Origin: Paramoeba atlantica | Taxonomy: Eukaryota > Protista > Discosea | Length of the DNA stretch: 64,000 nt | Reading direction: 5' to 3' | NCBI GenBank assembly: GCA_977017575.1 | Contig: CDRNVI010000003.1 | Location: 372,001-436,000 of the forward strand | Part shown: piece by piece, positions 1 through 10,285 of the stretch | Layout: each line of letters starts with the position of its first letter | Numbering within the stretch: position 1 is the first letter of the stretch | Made by a program: the position numbers and the translations under genes | The notes under the pieces: generated by a model | Told to the model about the DNA's origin: nothing | Database searches by the model: none | What the model saw: only the letters and a program-made list of their open reading frames with translations

Positions 1-1937
1 ACCTTCCACGGCAGCTCCCTCATCGGAATCTCCCCCACCGGGTCAAACGACCCATTCCCCGGCATCGGGTACCGCCCCGTGTGCCCGGGTCGCCGAATCC
101 GGTGCCTCCCCGTCATCCCCCACCCATACCCCCCGGCGTGATCCCCCAGGACCACACTCAACGCGGGGGCCGCGATCCGTTCCAGGCAGGCCTCCCGAAA
201 CCCCCGGACCGTCGCCACCTCCCCGGTGACCATCAGCAGGAACCCCTCCAGGGTCCTTGCCGCACTGCCCCCTTGCAGGGCCGCATTCCACATGGCCAGC
301 AACACACCCGAGTTAGCCCCAGCCACCCCGGGAAGGTGATGAACCAGTGGCCCGTAGTGGGTGTCCCGAAGCTGGAGAGCCACGGGTCGTTGCTTCCCGC
401 GGACCACAACCCGTTCGTGTCGGGTGCGGTAGGGGAGGGAGGTTCCGTTGTGGAGGTAGTGGGACTGGGGGCGACTCGGGTCGGGGGTGATGACGTAGAG
501 GTCGCAGAGGTCGGTCATGGCCAGGGTGATGCCCCAGGCGAGGGTGGTGGAGGCCCCGACGGTGATCCCGGGGAGTCCCGGGGGGGAGGCCCCGAGGAAG
601 GTTTGGTTGGTGTCGGTGATGTGGAGGGCGAGGTAGTACCAGCTCCCGGGGAAGTACATCTCGAGGTGGGGGTCGCTGCCGAGGGTGGGGGTGGGGGCGG
701 TGGGGGAGCGGGTGACCCAGGCGTTGGAGCCGCCGTGGGGGGTGAAGGCGCCGGACCACCAGGATGCGCGGGGGGGAGGGAGAGGGGAAGGGTTGGGGGA
801 GGCAGGGGCGTCCGGCTTTAAGGTATTGTGGGAAGAAGGATCGGTGCCGAGTTGAAACCAGCTCAAGGTCATGTCTTCAATATAAGAACGGAAGGGTACG
901 AAATCAAAGAATTCCCAGCTTGAGTCGGATGGTTTTGGAGCAGGGTGTTTGTCCTCAGAATCATGAGATGTGCTGTGTGGGGATAAATTCAATCCGTCAG
1001 GTGCCGCAGACGCATCAAGCGGAGGCACAGGAGATATTGAAGGAATTTCTTCCGTGTGTGGCGTTTCGATTTGAAACGGCACTGTGCGTTGACGCCATTC
1101 GCCCAACATTTCGTCGTAAACAGCTTTTTCGCGTTGAAAGCTATGATCCTCCTCCATAGCTCTAGTGTGTCGACTTTTAGAAACGTGTGGAGTGCAGTAG
1201 GGACCCGCTAAATCCTCTTCGGTAACTGTTGTGGTAAACGGCTTGCCCTCAAAATCACGAAGATAACGGTGAAACGGGTAAAGTTGCTCAACTTTGTCGT
1301 AATCGGTTCCACGAGAGCTATTTGAAAATAAGGTAGACCAGCGATCGATTTCATTCTGACAGTTGCTAGATAGTTCTGACTGAATTTGTACCAAAGACAG
1401 ACACACATCATGCGCCGTCCACGGTTCCACCTTAGCCACGTTTTTAAAAGGTCCATAGTATAGTAACATATCGGGGGGAGGCTTCGGATGCCGGCTTCGG
1501 TATAGATTTACCCCCGCTGCGTAGGATTCGATACAAGACCGATGCTGTGGAGAAATCCCTTCACACATTGCCCGGGCGACAGCGTCAAAATTCAGCGTAC
1601 GGACCCGAATATCATTTTCCAAGCCGGCATTACCTAATATTTCGCTCAGGCGTCCTTGCGAAGCGGCGCGACTTAGAACGAGTTGAGAGAAACGCTCCTG
1701 GGCATGGATAAATCCTTGTCCAAAAAAGGCGTCACGATGTGATTTTGCTTGCAGCTTCGGTGTACCATCCTCTCCCCACTCAATTCGGATCGTCCCATCC
1801 AATCCCTCAACGTTCCCATGACTTCTCTGATAATTTGCGGAACTTTGAGAAACGTATATGAGAACGAAAGTCAGAATACCGCCTGATACGAGAGCTACAA
1901 TAAGTAGTACGAATATGGGAATGTACAGACCTCTCAT
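1..1937 (-). CDS. Penicillin acylase / peptidase S45 family Ntn-hydrolase, 3'-partial (runs off window start)
   Basis: Hand-translated, stop-free frame from ATG at 1937 (MRGLYIPIFVLLIVALVSGGILTFVLI, signal/anchor). Alpha-chain motifs DAFFGQGFIHAQER, SYAAGVN, EPWTAHD; beta-chain N-terminal nucleophile GSNAW (Ser codon 726-728), then SDPHL, PGSWY, AWGIT, DLCDLY, THYGP. Absent from the ORF track because it has no stop inside the window. Confidence 0.9.
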   Translation of the reverse strand, partial: MRGLYIPIFVLLIVALVSGGILTFVLIYVSQSSANYQRSHGNVEGLDGTIRIEWGEDGTPKLQAKSHRDAFFGQGFIHAQERFSQLVLSRAASQGRLSEILGNAGLENDIRVRTLNFDAVARAMCEGISPQHRSCIESYAAGVNLYRSRHPKPPPDMLLYYGPFKNVAKVEPWTAHDVCLSLVQIQSELSSNCQNEIDRWSTLFSNSSRGTDYDKVEQLYPFHRYLRDFEGKPFTTTVTEEDLAGPYCTPHVSKSRHTRAMEEDHSFQREKAVYDEMLGEWRQRTVPFQIETPHTEEIPSISPVPPLDASAAPDGLNLSPHSTSHDSEDKHPAPKPSDSSWEFFDFVPFRSYIEDMTLSWFQLGTDPSSHNTLKPDAPASPNPSPLPPPRASWWSGAFTPHGGSNAWVTRSPTAPTPTLGSDPHLEMYFPGSWYYLALHITDTNQTFLGASPPGLPGITVGASTTLAWGITLAMTDLCDLYVITPDPSRPQSHYLHNGTSLPYRTRHERVVVRGKQRPVALQLRDTHYGPLVHHLPGVAGANSGVLLAMWNAALQGGSAARTLEGFLLMVTGEVATVRGFREACLERIAAPALSVVLGDHAGGYGWGMTGRHRIRRPGHTGRYPMPGNGSFDPVGEIPMRELPWK

Positions 1938-2503
1938 TTTTCTTCTGAAAGGGAGTTCAATGTCATAAAACAGCGTGAAACGGTACGCAAGGAGAGGAAG
2001 ACACACGCAAGTAAGGACGCTTAGACAAATGGTCGGAATGGTCACCGCACCACACCATTTTGTGCATTCACAGTAGCGAGACACAATGACGTGAGACCAG
2101 GGACTTAGCACAAGCAAGACTAAACCAAGAAGAAAACAAAATACAGTGAAAACAACCATGGTGTAATCCACGTGATAAAATAAATGCTTCCTCGCACCAC
2201 TTTGTTCCGCAGATTTGGCTTGCATTGGTTGAATTATTTGTACTCGGATCTGCTCTATCTGGTGCCCCTACTGGCTCGTGTATTTTGGAGTCAACGCATA
2301 CCAAACGTGTATCAAGTATGGAAATTTGACAGGCTAAAACCTAAAAAACATGATAGAAAATCACATGACAGAATATGAGCAATATAGAAGTATTTGTCTT
2401 CCTAGGTCCGTTTAACTGAATATCTACTATGTGTCACCGTTAATCCCGGTGAGAGAATTCGACTATACATATTACAATGTCTCCATTCGATAATCGCACA
2501 AAT

Positions 2504-4489
2504 CTAGAGAAGCCTTCTAAGCGTTCTCACCTTAGTCTTGGAGGATATATCGTCTGCGTCATCCCAGTAGCTGTCAATAAGCCGGGGCGACGGAGCTCTC
2601 GCGGGCGAGCTTAACGTGTCGCCGCCGGGAGACAGCGATCTGTGATTTCTAGACTCGCGACAAGGACGACACAGTTCCAGTTCCCCTAGGAAAGGGCATG
2701 TGCGTAGCTCCCCTTGAGGCAGCAGATAACTCCCACAACTCACCTCGGACCAGAACGGGGCATCACATGGACGTTCCACCTCCTTTGAGTGCACCTCCGT
2801 ACCATTCACAATCGTGATATGTCGAAGCACGGCACAGTTCGTGGAGCCGGTATACTGCATCTTCTTCGACGGAGAGAGCTGCGCAAACTCCTCTCCACCA
2901 GGTGACTTACCCCGTGTTGGGGTCCTCCCAAACGAAGTAAAATTCAACGGCAACTTATCCCCAGAGGAGCGATGCAACGCCCCTCGCTCCGAACGCGCAA
3001 TCAACTCGTGCAACACCGAGGTCATCTCCTCCACCACGACCCCACTTTGTTGTGGCCCCAAGAGAGACCCCGAATCCCCCCGAACGTTTAGTTTCCCTCC
3101 TCCTCCTTTTTCCTCCCTCCTTTGCGGGGACGCCATCCCCCCTCCTTCCCAACCTTGTGGCTTCGGCTGTGACAGACTCCTGGTCACCACAAGCGTGTTC
3201 CCCACATTGCTCTCCGCACTCCGTCGCGGGTGTAACGGAATCACCAAATCCCGTGACGCCCTTCCCCGTTTTCGTTGGTCATCCGGGGCCGACCGGCGTT
3301 CCGTCACGGTTCGTACCAACGTAATTTCCGGAACCCCGTGTGGGTCGGAGGGGGCCGTTGTTGTTGTTGTTGTTGTTCCTATGTTATGCATTGTTCTCTC
3401 CTCACCCCTTCTTCCCCCTTTCGTCCTCTCTTGAGGACTCAACAACTCTCCCCCGATCTCTCCCTCCTCCTCCTCCTCCTCCTCCCCCGTACTCACCACT
3501 AAGGAAGGGGAAGTACCCGAGGAAGTGATCAGAGAAGAAGAGGAAGAGGCCATAGAAGAAGTCATCATAGAAGTCATAGAAGAAGAAGTAGTAGCAGTAG
3601 TAGTAGTAATAGTAAAAGAAGAAGAAGAAGAAGGGGAGGGGGAGAGGGGGGGGAACGAGGCGGCCCCTCCCAGCCTCTCCGGGGGCAGGGTGTGGAGTCG
3701 GGTACTGGTGGCCACACACGGGGAGGTGTCGGGGCTGGAGAACGAGCTGGAGAGGTAGGGGGGGGAGGGGGAGAGCGTGGGGGGGGTAGCCGTGAGAGGA
3801 GTCGTAGTGGGAGTAGGGGAGGTGGAGGCCGAGAGACGACCGTGGGCGGTGTGCGGGGGGAGGTTAAGGGAGTGGGCGGGGTGGGGGGCGGGGAGACGGT
3901 CGGGGGTGGTGGTGGTGGTGGTGAGGGTAGGAAAGGCAGGGGTGATGGGGTCCGTGCGTCGACGAAAGGAGGCGGTGAGGTTACGCCAGTGGGAACCGGG
4001 GCGGGTGGGGTGGCTGGAGACGGCGGCGAGGGGAAGATTGGGGGAGGGGTCGGGGGAGGGGGTGGTGGGAGTTCGGGTACGGTTCGGGGGGAGGGTACGG
4101 CGTGCACGGATGACTTTTTCGTACGGAGGAGGCTTGAGTTTTCCTGTTCCTCGTTCAGTGGGGATATCGGTGGATCCCCACCTCTTCATGTCGACGAGGG
4201 TGAGAGAGGGCTCGGAGGGGGCGGTCTCCTCTACGCACCACGAGACGCTCCTTTTAACATCAAACTTTATAGGTTGAAAAGGCGCGCTCCCATCAGTTTC
4301 GGCATTCGATGACTTGAATGTGGGCGGTGAAGAGATGGATACATCGCCAATAGGAATGTCAGGAGATGTATGAGGTTCCTGAAATGTGTGTGTCTTTGCT
4401 GCGCTGTCAGCCTCTGAGTCTGTACAGCCCCACTGTACAAGAATCACTACACAAATCAGCATGTCAGAGAGGCGTCTTCTGCTGAGCAT
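2504..4489 (-). CDS. Hypothetical low-complexity protein (Pro/Thr/Ser-rich then Glu/Gly-rich), 661 aa
   Basis: Long ORF on the cluster strand; no recognisable domain; composition follows the GC/skew island it spans. Confidence 0.55.
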   Translation of the reverse strand: MLSRRRLSDMLICVVILVQWGCTDSEADSAAKTHTFQEPHTSPDIPIGDVSISSPPTFKSSNAETDGSAPFQPIKFDVKRSVSWCVEETAPSEPSLTLVDMKRWGSTDIPTERGTGKLKPPPYEKVIRARRTLPPNRTRTPTTPSPDPSPNLPLAAVSSHPTRPGSHWRNLTASFRRRTDPITPAFPTLTTTTTTPDRLPAPHPAHSLNLPPHTAHGRLSASTSPTPTTTPLTATPPTLSPSPPYLSSSFSSPDTSPCVATSTRLHTLPPERLGGAASFPPLSPSPSSSSSFTITTTTATTSSSMTSMMTSSMASSSSSLITSSGTSPSLVVSTGEEEEEEEGEIGGELLSPQERTKGGRRGEERTMHNIGTTTTTTTAPSDPHGVPEITLVRTVTERRSAPDDQRKRGRASRDLVIPLHPRRSAESNVGNTLVVTRSLSQPKPQGWEGGGMASPQRREEKGGGGKLNVRGDSGSLLGPQQSGVVVEEMTSVLHELIARSERGALHRSSGDKLPLNFTSFGRTPTRGKSPGGEEFAQLSPSKKMQYTGSTNCAVLRHITIVNGTEVHSKEVERPCDAPFWSEVSCGSYLLPQGELRTCPFLGELELCRPCRESRNHRSLSPGGDTLSSPARAPSPRLIDSYWDDADDISSKTKVRTLRRLL

Positions 4490-4858
4490 ATTAATTTAGA
4501 AGATGAGAAAAAGCACTAAGATAAGCCTATAGAATTTCTTTAGTTTTGTAATACTTACATCACATATAGTTTGACTGATAAGCTGACTTGAATCAACCAG
4601 AAAAACTATAATTTGGTTAAAAGACAGCCGAACGTGCACCCATTCAATCGTTTTAGCATGTCCTTATTGTGTTCATGCATTTCATGTATGTTAGGTCTAT
4701 CATTTCTTTTATTTTCCGTCGTAATAGGTTTCGCATATTCGTGCTTTTTTGACCAGAGAATAGTTTATCTTCAGTGTTTTACCAGTTTGCTCTTGTAACA
4801 CGTACTGCTACGCTACTAACACTACTAACTACTATGCTACTTACGTGTAAAATTAGTA

Positions 4859-7800
4859 TTACCTCGCAAGGCCCATCTCACCAAACAGATCCGATAACGG
4901 AATATATTGTCCGACAGCACTGTGCTGATAACGCTGCGCTAGGTGATGCAAATCGAAGTAGTAATCGTAGCCTTGCGGGGGCAATGTATCCGAAGCGGAT
5001 CTTCTAACGGCTGCATCAAACTGAGCTACAGAAAGGGGCTGGCCGACCAAGTCACCCTCGACAAATTCCCTACAGATAGTGTGCTGGTGCACAACCCAGA
5101 CTAGGGCTTTGGCAAGTCCAGTCGCGTCGTGAGAGATAGATGGCGGGTGTAAGCGCTCAAGCACGGTGTACAGCGTCCCCCATACACCTTGGTTTTCAAT
5201 AATTTTATCTTGAATGCGACCTTCCACATATGACAAAATATGCCGTGTGCTAAACAGTGCTTCAAAATAATCGAATTGCTGACGAAGCACATCTTCAGTG
5301 ATCCGTTCACTTTGCTCATCCTCCAGCATCTCATCCTGAGTTAAGTGTAAAGAGAAGTTTACGTGTTTGGTGTAGTAGTTACCCTGCGCTTTTCGAGCGC
5401 TTAGCGTTACACAGTTCATCACGTATTTAAAAGGAATTTCGAAGCTGCAACCTGGACAAGAATACCAAGGATGAGGCTGGATCAACGATTTCATATTTGT
5501 GAGGTCTGATTTCGGATCCAAAAGGCGTTCTACTAGGGCGAATGCTTTTTCTAAAAAATATTTGTGGGGCTGAATGGTGATGGTAGAGCGACATTTTATA
5601 CGGGGACATTGTACAGAAAGGTGTGATGCTTTTACAAACACCTCTTCAGGATTTGCATATCGCTGAGCCTGTACAAATTTCTCCTTTTCTTGATCGATAT
5701 GAATCGCAGAGGTCGAACTTGTATGCACCACTTTTTTAGGATCTAGTCCCATAGCTTCAGCAACCATTTCAAGATTACACCCATCAATGTGTTCTAGAAG
5801 TCGTGTGACAGGGGGGAATAACTGCGTGTTTACGTACCACAAAATATCTGGCCCGATACTGGAATTTTCCTTCATTTCAAATGGATGAAAACAACGTTGT
5901 GATAACTTTGTACCATTGCTTGGCACAGAATCCGTAGTTTCGGCTTCACACACGATGTACGGAATCAGATCCCCGACTTGAACTGACTCGTTACGCTCTT
6001 TCATACGAAGGGCCACACATACATGAGGATGATCTGCGACGTTTTGATACTCCTTTGGTTCTTTCGCGAGACTCTTGTAAACAACAAGGTCATCTAATGA
6101 TATCTCATGATTCTTTATCCTTTCTGCGAGTTTCAAAAGGTAGTCTGTAATCATTTCTGAAGTTTCTTTCTCTTGCGGATTTTCAGTAAGAATGGCTTCA
6201 AGAATAAAATTGCATGCATTTTTCGATAGAGCACACCACTCTCGACGAACAACATCTAGTCCCTTGATTTCTCGACGCATTTTGATACCCTTTTCCATAA
6301 AATCCACCACTTGCAGGGCAGCATACTTTTTCTTTCGAACAAGCAACATTGTGCGAAATATTCCATCAATATCGATTTCCAAAGTTTTGTAGCTCTTGTT
6401 AACCGCGTCTTTTATTTGCTGCGCAACTGCACGTACTGCGGCCAAATCTTGTGTAATACCTGTGCTAATCATGACGGAGTCGGTATCACCATATATCACT
6501 TGCAAATTCGGATTAATTCGTGGAACAAGTTCTACAGCTTGTGTCAGTGCATCTCTACCTTGCTGCGTAATTAATTCAGCCAAAAATTGTGCGTAGAATC
6601 TACTGTAACAAAAACCTAAACAACCGTACATGGAATTTGCAGTAAGTTTTAGAGCTTTTTGTCTAATTTCTAGCTGCCTTCGTTTGTCTTCCTGTTTCAC
6701 TGAATGTATTAGCTTTTTGACCTCTCTTCGACTATCTACCAACTCTTTGAGAACTTTGGGAAGTATATTTCGATGTTTACAAGGTCCTTGTAAACTCTTG
6801 CGGGCACAGTCTTCACAAATCAATTGATCAGGGGTGGGTAAACTCGCTATTGCCGTCTCACTATCTGCACTGCTCAAAGTATGGCGTACTGTCGTAAAAC
6901 AAATGTTAAACTCTTGGATGATGCTAGGATACAAGCTATTAAAGTCGAGCAAAAGAACATAGTCGGTGTACAGACCACGTCGGGGTTCCAATACCATACC
7001 ACCCATATATTTAGCCTTCCGTTTCCCGCCGATTTCACGTGCCTCGGTGTCCTCTTCATTGTCCTTAGCATCATTTTGTAGAAGTCTGAAGGATGGCTTG
7101 TCCGGCAACACAAATTTGTTAGCGTAAAACTTATGTAACAAAAGAAATTCAATTCGCTCGGCGCGTGCGCCATTCATCGTGCGCGACCATACGTTACCAG
7201 CTAGTGTAGTCATTCTCTTGGTGAGCGGTATGATATCCAAAAACAAGGCCAGTCCGGTTGCATAAAAAGCTTTCTGCATACAATTTGATACGACGCCAAA
7301 AACACCATCTTTAGTGCTCATTTGGCGAGATGGAGGCTGTTCCTCCTCTGAACGTGCGTTTTCTTCATCTCCGGCTAAGTTCGAGATACCAGTTCCCGAC
7401 AAATTTAGCTGTGCAGCCAAATCTCCCAAATTGTAGCTTGTAGCTTTGACGTATTCCTTAGCAATCAAATATGTATCGCAACAAAGACGTCCAGCTAGCA
7501 CTTCACGCTCAGCAGCAGAGGACTCTGCCATACCCCCAACCCCTGCTTGAAGCTTTGGAATTTCATGCAGGCGAAGCCGACCCAACCGAGACCAATTGGC
7601 AACCTTAAGGGCACTCAAGCGATGCAGTAAAACATCTAGATGAAAGGAATAAAAATTGTGACCAACAACGATGTCGGGATCTTCCATAAGCAAATATGAC
7701 AAGAAATTTTCGAGCAGTGTTTTTTCATTGTTCATGATCTCTGGACTCGGAAGTTTACGGCTCAAAAAAGGCTCTTCTAGCCCAAATGGCAAAAGCGAAT

Positions 7801-9367
7801 CTGGTTCCGGTTTACGTAACCCGGTCCAGAAAACCTTTTGTGTGTTCTCCAACTTACTTCCTTGCTCAGTGTCCATGGAACGCAACGTTAGAACACTAAT
7901 GCCAAGAATTTCGTTCGTTTTTCGCTTCGCATTCAATTCAGTAATAAGATTGATGCTACATAAGCACAATTTTGGAGACGGACGATGTACATCACTTGAC
8001 AATGTGTGAATTTGTTTCATGCCTTCTATTTCGAACTCTTCACTACAATACGTAACACGGCGACCGGGCAAGACAGATATGGGATTGTCAATCTGTAACC
8101 AGCAAGGACCCATTATGCGCCTCTTCAGTAGAAGATTTTCTAGACATGAACGATGTTGTCCGAATACCTCTGTAAAAGTTTTATGCTTACGATTTTCCAG
8201 AGGCAATGAAGGATCCATTGCTGAATACCTCATTTTTACCCAAGTTGTTTTCTCTGTTGGTACGTTAGGCTTTCCAAAAGCATACCACCGTTCAACTTTC
8301 TTAAAATACCGACGACGTATGCCAACTTTCTGGCAAAGCTCAGTAAGTTCTTGCACAACAAGTTCAAACGAGTTTTCCGTTCCATCCTCCAGAGTGATGC
8401 GAGGCAAAATAAACAATACGTGCTCTGGATTGCGGACGCGAAGACTACAACTCTTCCACTCAGTGTTTCCTCTGCACATTTTACCGAAGAAATAAACATC
8501 TTTCGACCGCGGTAATTCCCGCGCATCAATCCAATACATTTCAAGCGATTCTCCGGAGGGAAGTACAGGCCCTGGCTCGACTTTAATCTCCGACTTCATA
8601 GGAGTTGAAATATGAGAAGACGACAAAAATTCCATTTTAACCTCATGCGTTGCGGAAGTCGAAGCAGCTTGCGAGACGTCTGGCACAATTTTCCTGGCTG
8701 CAGTAAATCGCGAGGGACCTGCGGGAGGAGAGGAACATTGAAGAACTTCTTTTGTGTTGTCGTTGCGAAACTGCCCGGTTGGGGATAAGTCTTGTGGCAT
8801 GTCATGGGCGACGTGCTTTGCGGACTCTGTGATAGTTGTCTTTATCTCTTCATCAGTTTCTTTCCTCAAATTGTCTCTAGGCTGATCTTTTTGTATTCCC
8901 GTTCCGAACAAAATCGCATTTAAATCTGGCTCTTCATCGCTTTCGTTGTCGTCGAACAGTGTATTATCCGAGTGCAACAGAGTATGTATACGTTGATCTA
9001 GGTCCTCTATTGCACTAGGTTCAAAAGCGATTCCCTGCATGCCACCGGAGAGTTGGGAGGTATTTGCAGGGGCAGAAGTAAGACTTTGTAGAATACTAAC
9101 CTTCGGAGCCGGTTTCACAGTAGATTTCATTTCTTTCTTTTGCTCCTTTTTTTCGTTCGCACGTGTTTCCTTCTCTTTTTTGACACGAGCCGCTCGATCT
9201 GCCCTCTGTGCCTGTCTGCGAGATTTCTTCCTCTCAGGTTCGCGGTACATACCGCTCTGAGTTTCAGGGTCAAAGTTTGGGTCAAACAAATCATCGTCTT
9301 CCTGAATGTTATCCAAAGCACTTTTTACGTTTGACTCTAAATTATTTTCTTCATCAGTTCCGCTCAT
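4859..9367 (-). CDS. POLA1: DNA polymerase alpha catalytic subunit (family B)
   Basis: DFNSLYPS, KLTANSMYGCLG and YGDTDS polymerase motifs; inactive exo-like region (DPDIVVGHN); C-terminal Cys pairs. Likely start MSGTDEE at 9367; the ORF is open to 9457. Confidence 0.96.
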   Translation of the reverse strand: MSGTDEENNLESNVKSALDNIQEDDDLFDPNFDPETQSGMYREPERKKSRRQAQRADRAARVKKEKETRANEKKEQKKEMKSTVKPAPKVSILQSLTSAPANTSQLSGGMQGIAFEPSAIEDLDQRIHTLLHSDNTLFDDNESDEEPDLNAILFGTGIQKDQPRDNLRKETDEEIKTTITESAKHVAHDMPQDLSPTGQFRNDNTKEVLQCSSPPAGPSRFTAARKIVPDVSQAASTSATHEVKMEFLSSSHISTPMKSEIKVEPGPVLPSGESLEMYWIDARELPRSKDVYFFGKMCRGNTEWKSCSLRVRNPEHVLFILPRITLEDGTENSFELVVQELTELCQKVGIRRRYFKKVERWYAFGKPNVPTEKTTWVKMRYSAMDPSLPLENRKHKTFTEVFGQHRSCLENLLLKRRIMGPCWLQIDNPISVLPGRRVTYCSEEFEIEGMKQIHTLSSDVHRPSPKLCLCSINLITELNAKRKTNEILGISVLTLRSMDTEQGSKLENTQKVFWTGLRKPEPDSLLPFGLEEPFLSRKLPSPEIMNNEKTLLENFLSYLLMEDPDIVVGHNFYSFHLDVLLHRLSALKVANWSRLGRLRLHEIPKLQAGVGGMAESSAAEREVLAGRLCCDTYLIAKEYVKATSYNLGDLAAQLNLSGTGISNLAGDEENARSEEEQPPSRQMSTKDGVFGVVSNCMQKAFYATGLALFLDIIPLTKRMTTLAGNVWSRTMNGARAERIEFLLLHKFYANKFVLPDKPSFRLLQNDAKDNEEDTEAREIGGKRKAKYMGGMVLEPRRGLYTDYVLLLDFNSLYPSIIQEFNICFTTVRHTLSSADSETAIASLPTPDQLICEDCARKSLQGPCKHRNILPKVLKELVDSRREVKKLIHSVKQEDKRRQLEIRQKALKLTANSMYGCLGFCYSRFYAQFLAELITQQGRDALTQAVELVPRINPNLQVIYGDTDSVMISTGITQDLAAVRAVAQQIKDAVNKSYKTLEIDIDGIFRTMLLVRKKKYAALQVVDFMEKGIKMRREIKGLDVVRREWCALSKNACNFILEAILTENPQEKETSEMITDYLLKLAERIKNHEISLDDLVVYKSLAKEPKEYQNVADHPHVCVALRMKERNESVQVGDLIPYIVCEAETTDSVPSNGTKLSQRCFHPFEMKENSSIGPDILWYVNTQLFPPVTRLLEHIDGCNLEMVAEAMGLDPKKVVHTSSTSAIHIDQEKEKFVQAQRYANPEEVFVKASHLSVQCPRIKCRSTITIQPHKYFLEKAFALVERLLDPKSDLTNMKSLIQPHPWYSCPGCSFEIPFKYVMNCVTLSARKAQGNYYTKHVNFSLHLTQDEMLEDEQSERITEDVLRQQFDYFEALFSTRHILSYVEGRIQDKIIENQGVWGTLYTVLERLHPPSISHDATGLAKALVWVVHQHTICREFVEGDLVGQPLSVAQFDAAVRRSASDTLPPQGYDYYFDLHHLAQRYQHSAVGQYIPLSDLFGEMGLAR

Positions 9368-9529
9368 TTTCGTCTTTTTTGTAGAGGAAATAATATAATA
9401 ATAATCGTTAGTTCGACGAATGAAAAAATAGAGCCTTGCACTGAATTGGGCAGACAACGAAATTTAGAAAAACAAATTGCATTTGCATGTGATAAAGTAC
9501 CAAAATTCGACATTGAAGTCGATAATGCG

Positions 9530-10285
9530 CTAATCCAAAACAAAGGGAATAGAAACATCTTCTATACGCAAAGTTAAGGTTTTTAAGTCTATACATGCTT
9601 GATGTCTCCGCAATTGGTCAATGCCTAGAATGAAATTTATGTCACTAGTACTGATTTTTTCTACAATGGTTAGCGTAATTGGAAGCGATGTATCGTGCAG
9701 TTGGAGCAGTGCCATATGTACCCTGCCGATGATACATCCAGATCCTATACCGCGAGCTATTCCCTGAAAGCGTCTATCAAGAAGCCGAATTAACCCACAT
9801 TTCTCTGCGCACTCCTGACTCATTATCGACATCTGAGCTCCGGTATCAATTAAGGCCTTTAGGGGGACTTGATTGATCATTCCCTGCACGTAGAGCAAGG
9901 GCATAGGAACTAAAGACTCGGGATTATGTTCGTAACCAAGGGCAATGTTATCCGATAGATTTTGAGCTTGAATTTTTTCATAGGCTATACGCTGTGATTC
10001 GGCATTAAAGTCATCTTGAGGTACCGAGTTGGTCAATCTAGAAACTGTCGAATCTGTTCTTTGAACGTAGAGAGTATTTTTATTGCTTAAAGAGAGATCG
10101 CTGATATTAGCGTTATTTGCCTGCTGTTCTGTGTATGTTTGCTGGTTGGGAAAAGTAATCTTCTGTTGACCAGTTGGTATATCAAGTTTTCTTTCTATGG
10201 CTTCAAAAATTCCTCTTGTAGAAATATTGTCATCAACGTCGAGAGTACATCCCATCATATCCGAGGTGAACACTATGAGATGCAT
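9530..10285 (-). CDS. DDI1: DNA-damage-inducible protein 1 (UBL + retroviral-like aspartyl protease)
   Basis: N-terminal ubiquitin-like segment; MLYV-like LLYVQGMINQVPLKALIDTGAQMSIMS, FQGIARGIG, LGIDQLRRHQACIDL. Start taken at MHLIVF. Confidence 0.92.
   Translation of the reverse strand: MHLIVFTSDMMGCTLDVDDNISTRGIFEAIERKLDIPTGQQKITFPNQQTYTEQQANNANISDLSLSNKNTLYVQRTDSTVSRLTNSVPQDDFNAESQRIAYEKIQAQNLSDNIALGYEHNPESLVPMPLLYVQGMINQVPLKALIDTGAQMSIMSQECAEKCGLIRLLDRRFQGIARGIGSGCIIGRVHMALLQLHDTSLPITLTIVEKISTSDINFILGIDQLRRHQACIDLKTLTLRIEDVSIPFVLD

Noticed and set aside
43-1456. Track ORFs 43..291, 81..821, 313..759, 764..1159, 1208..1456
   Set aside because: Shadow frames of the real acylase CDS (1..1937, minus strand); stop-poor because of the GC island.
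2814-4312. Many overlapping Gly/Pro-rich ORFs on both strands
   Set aside because: By-products of low-complexity G/C tracts; only the 661-aa cluster-strand ORF is retained.
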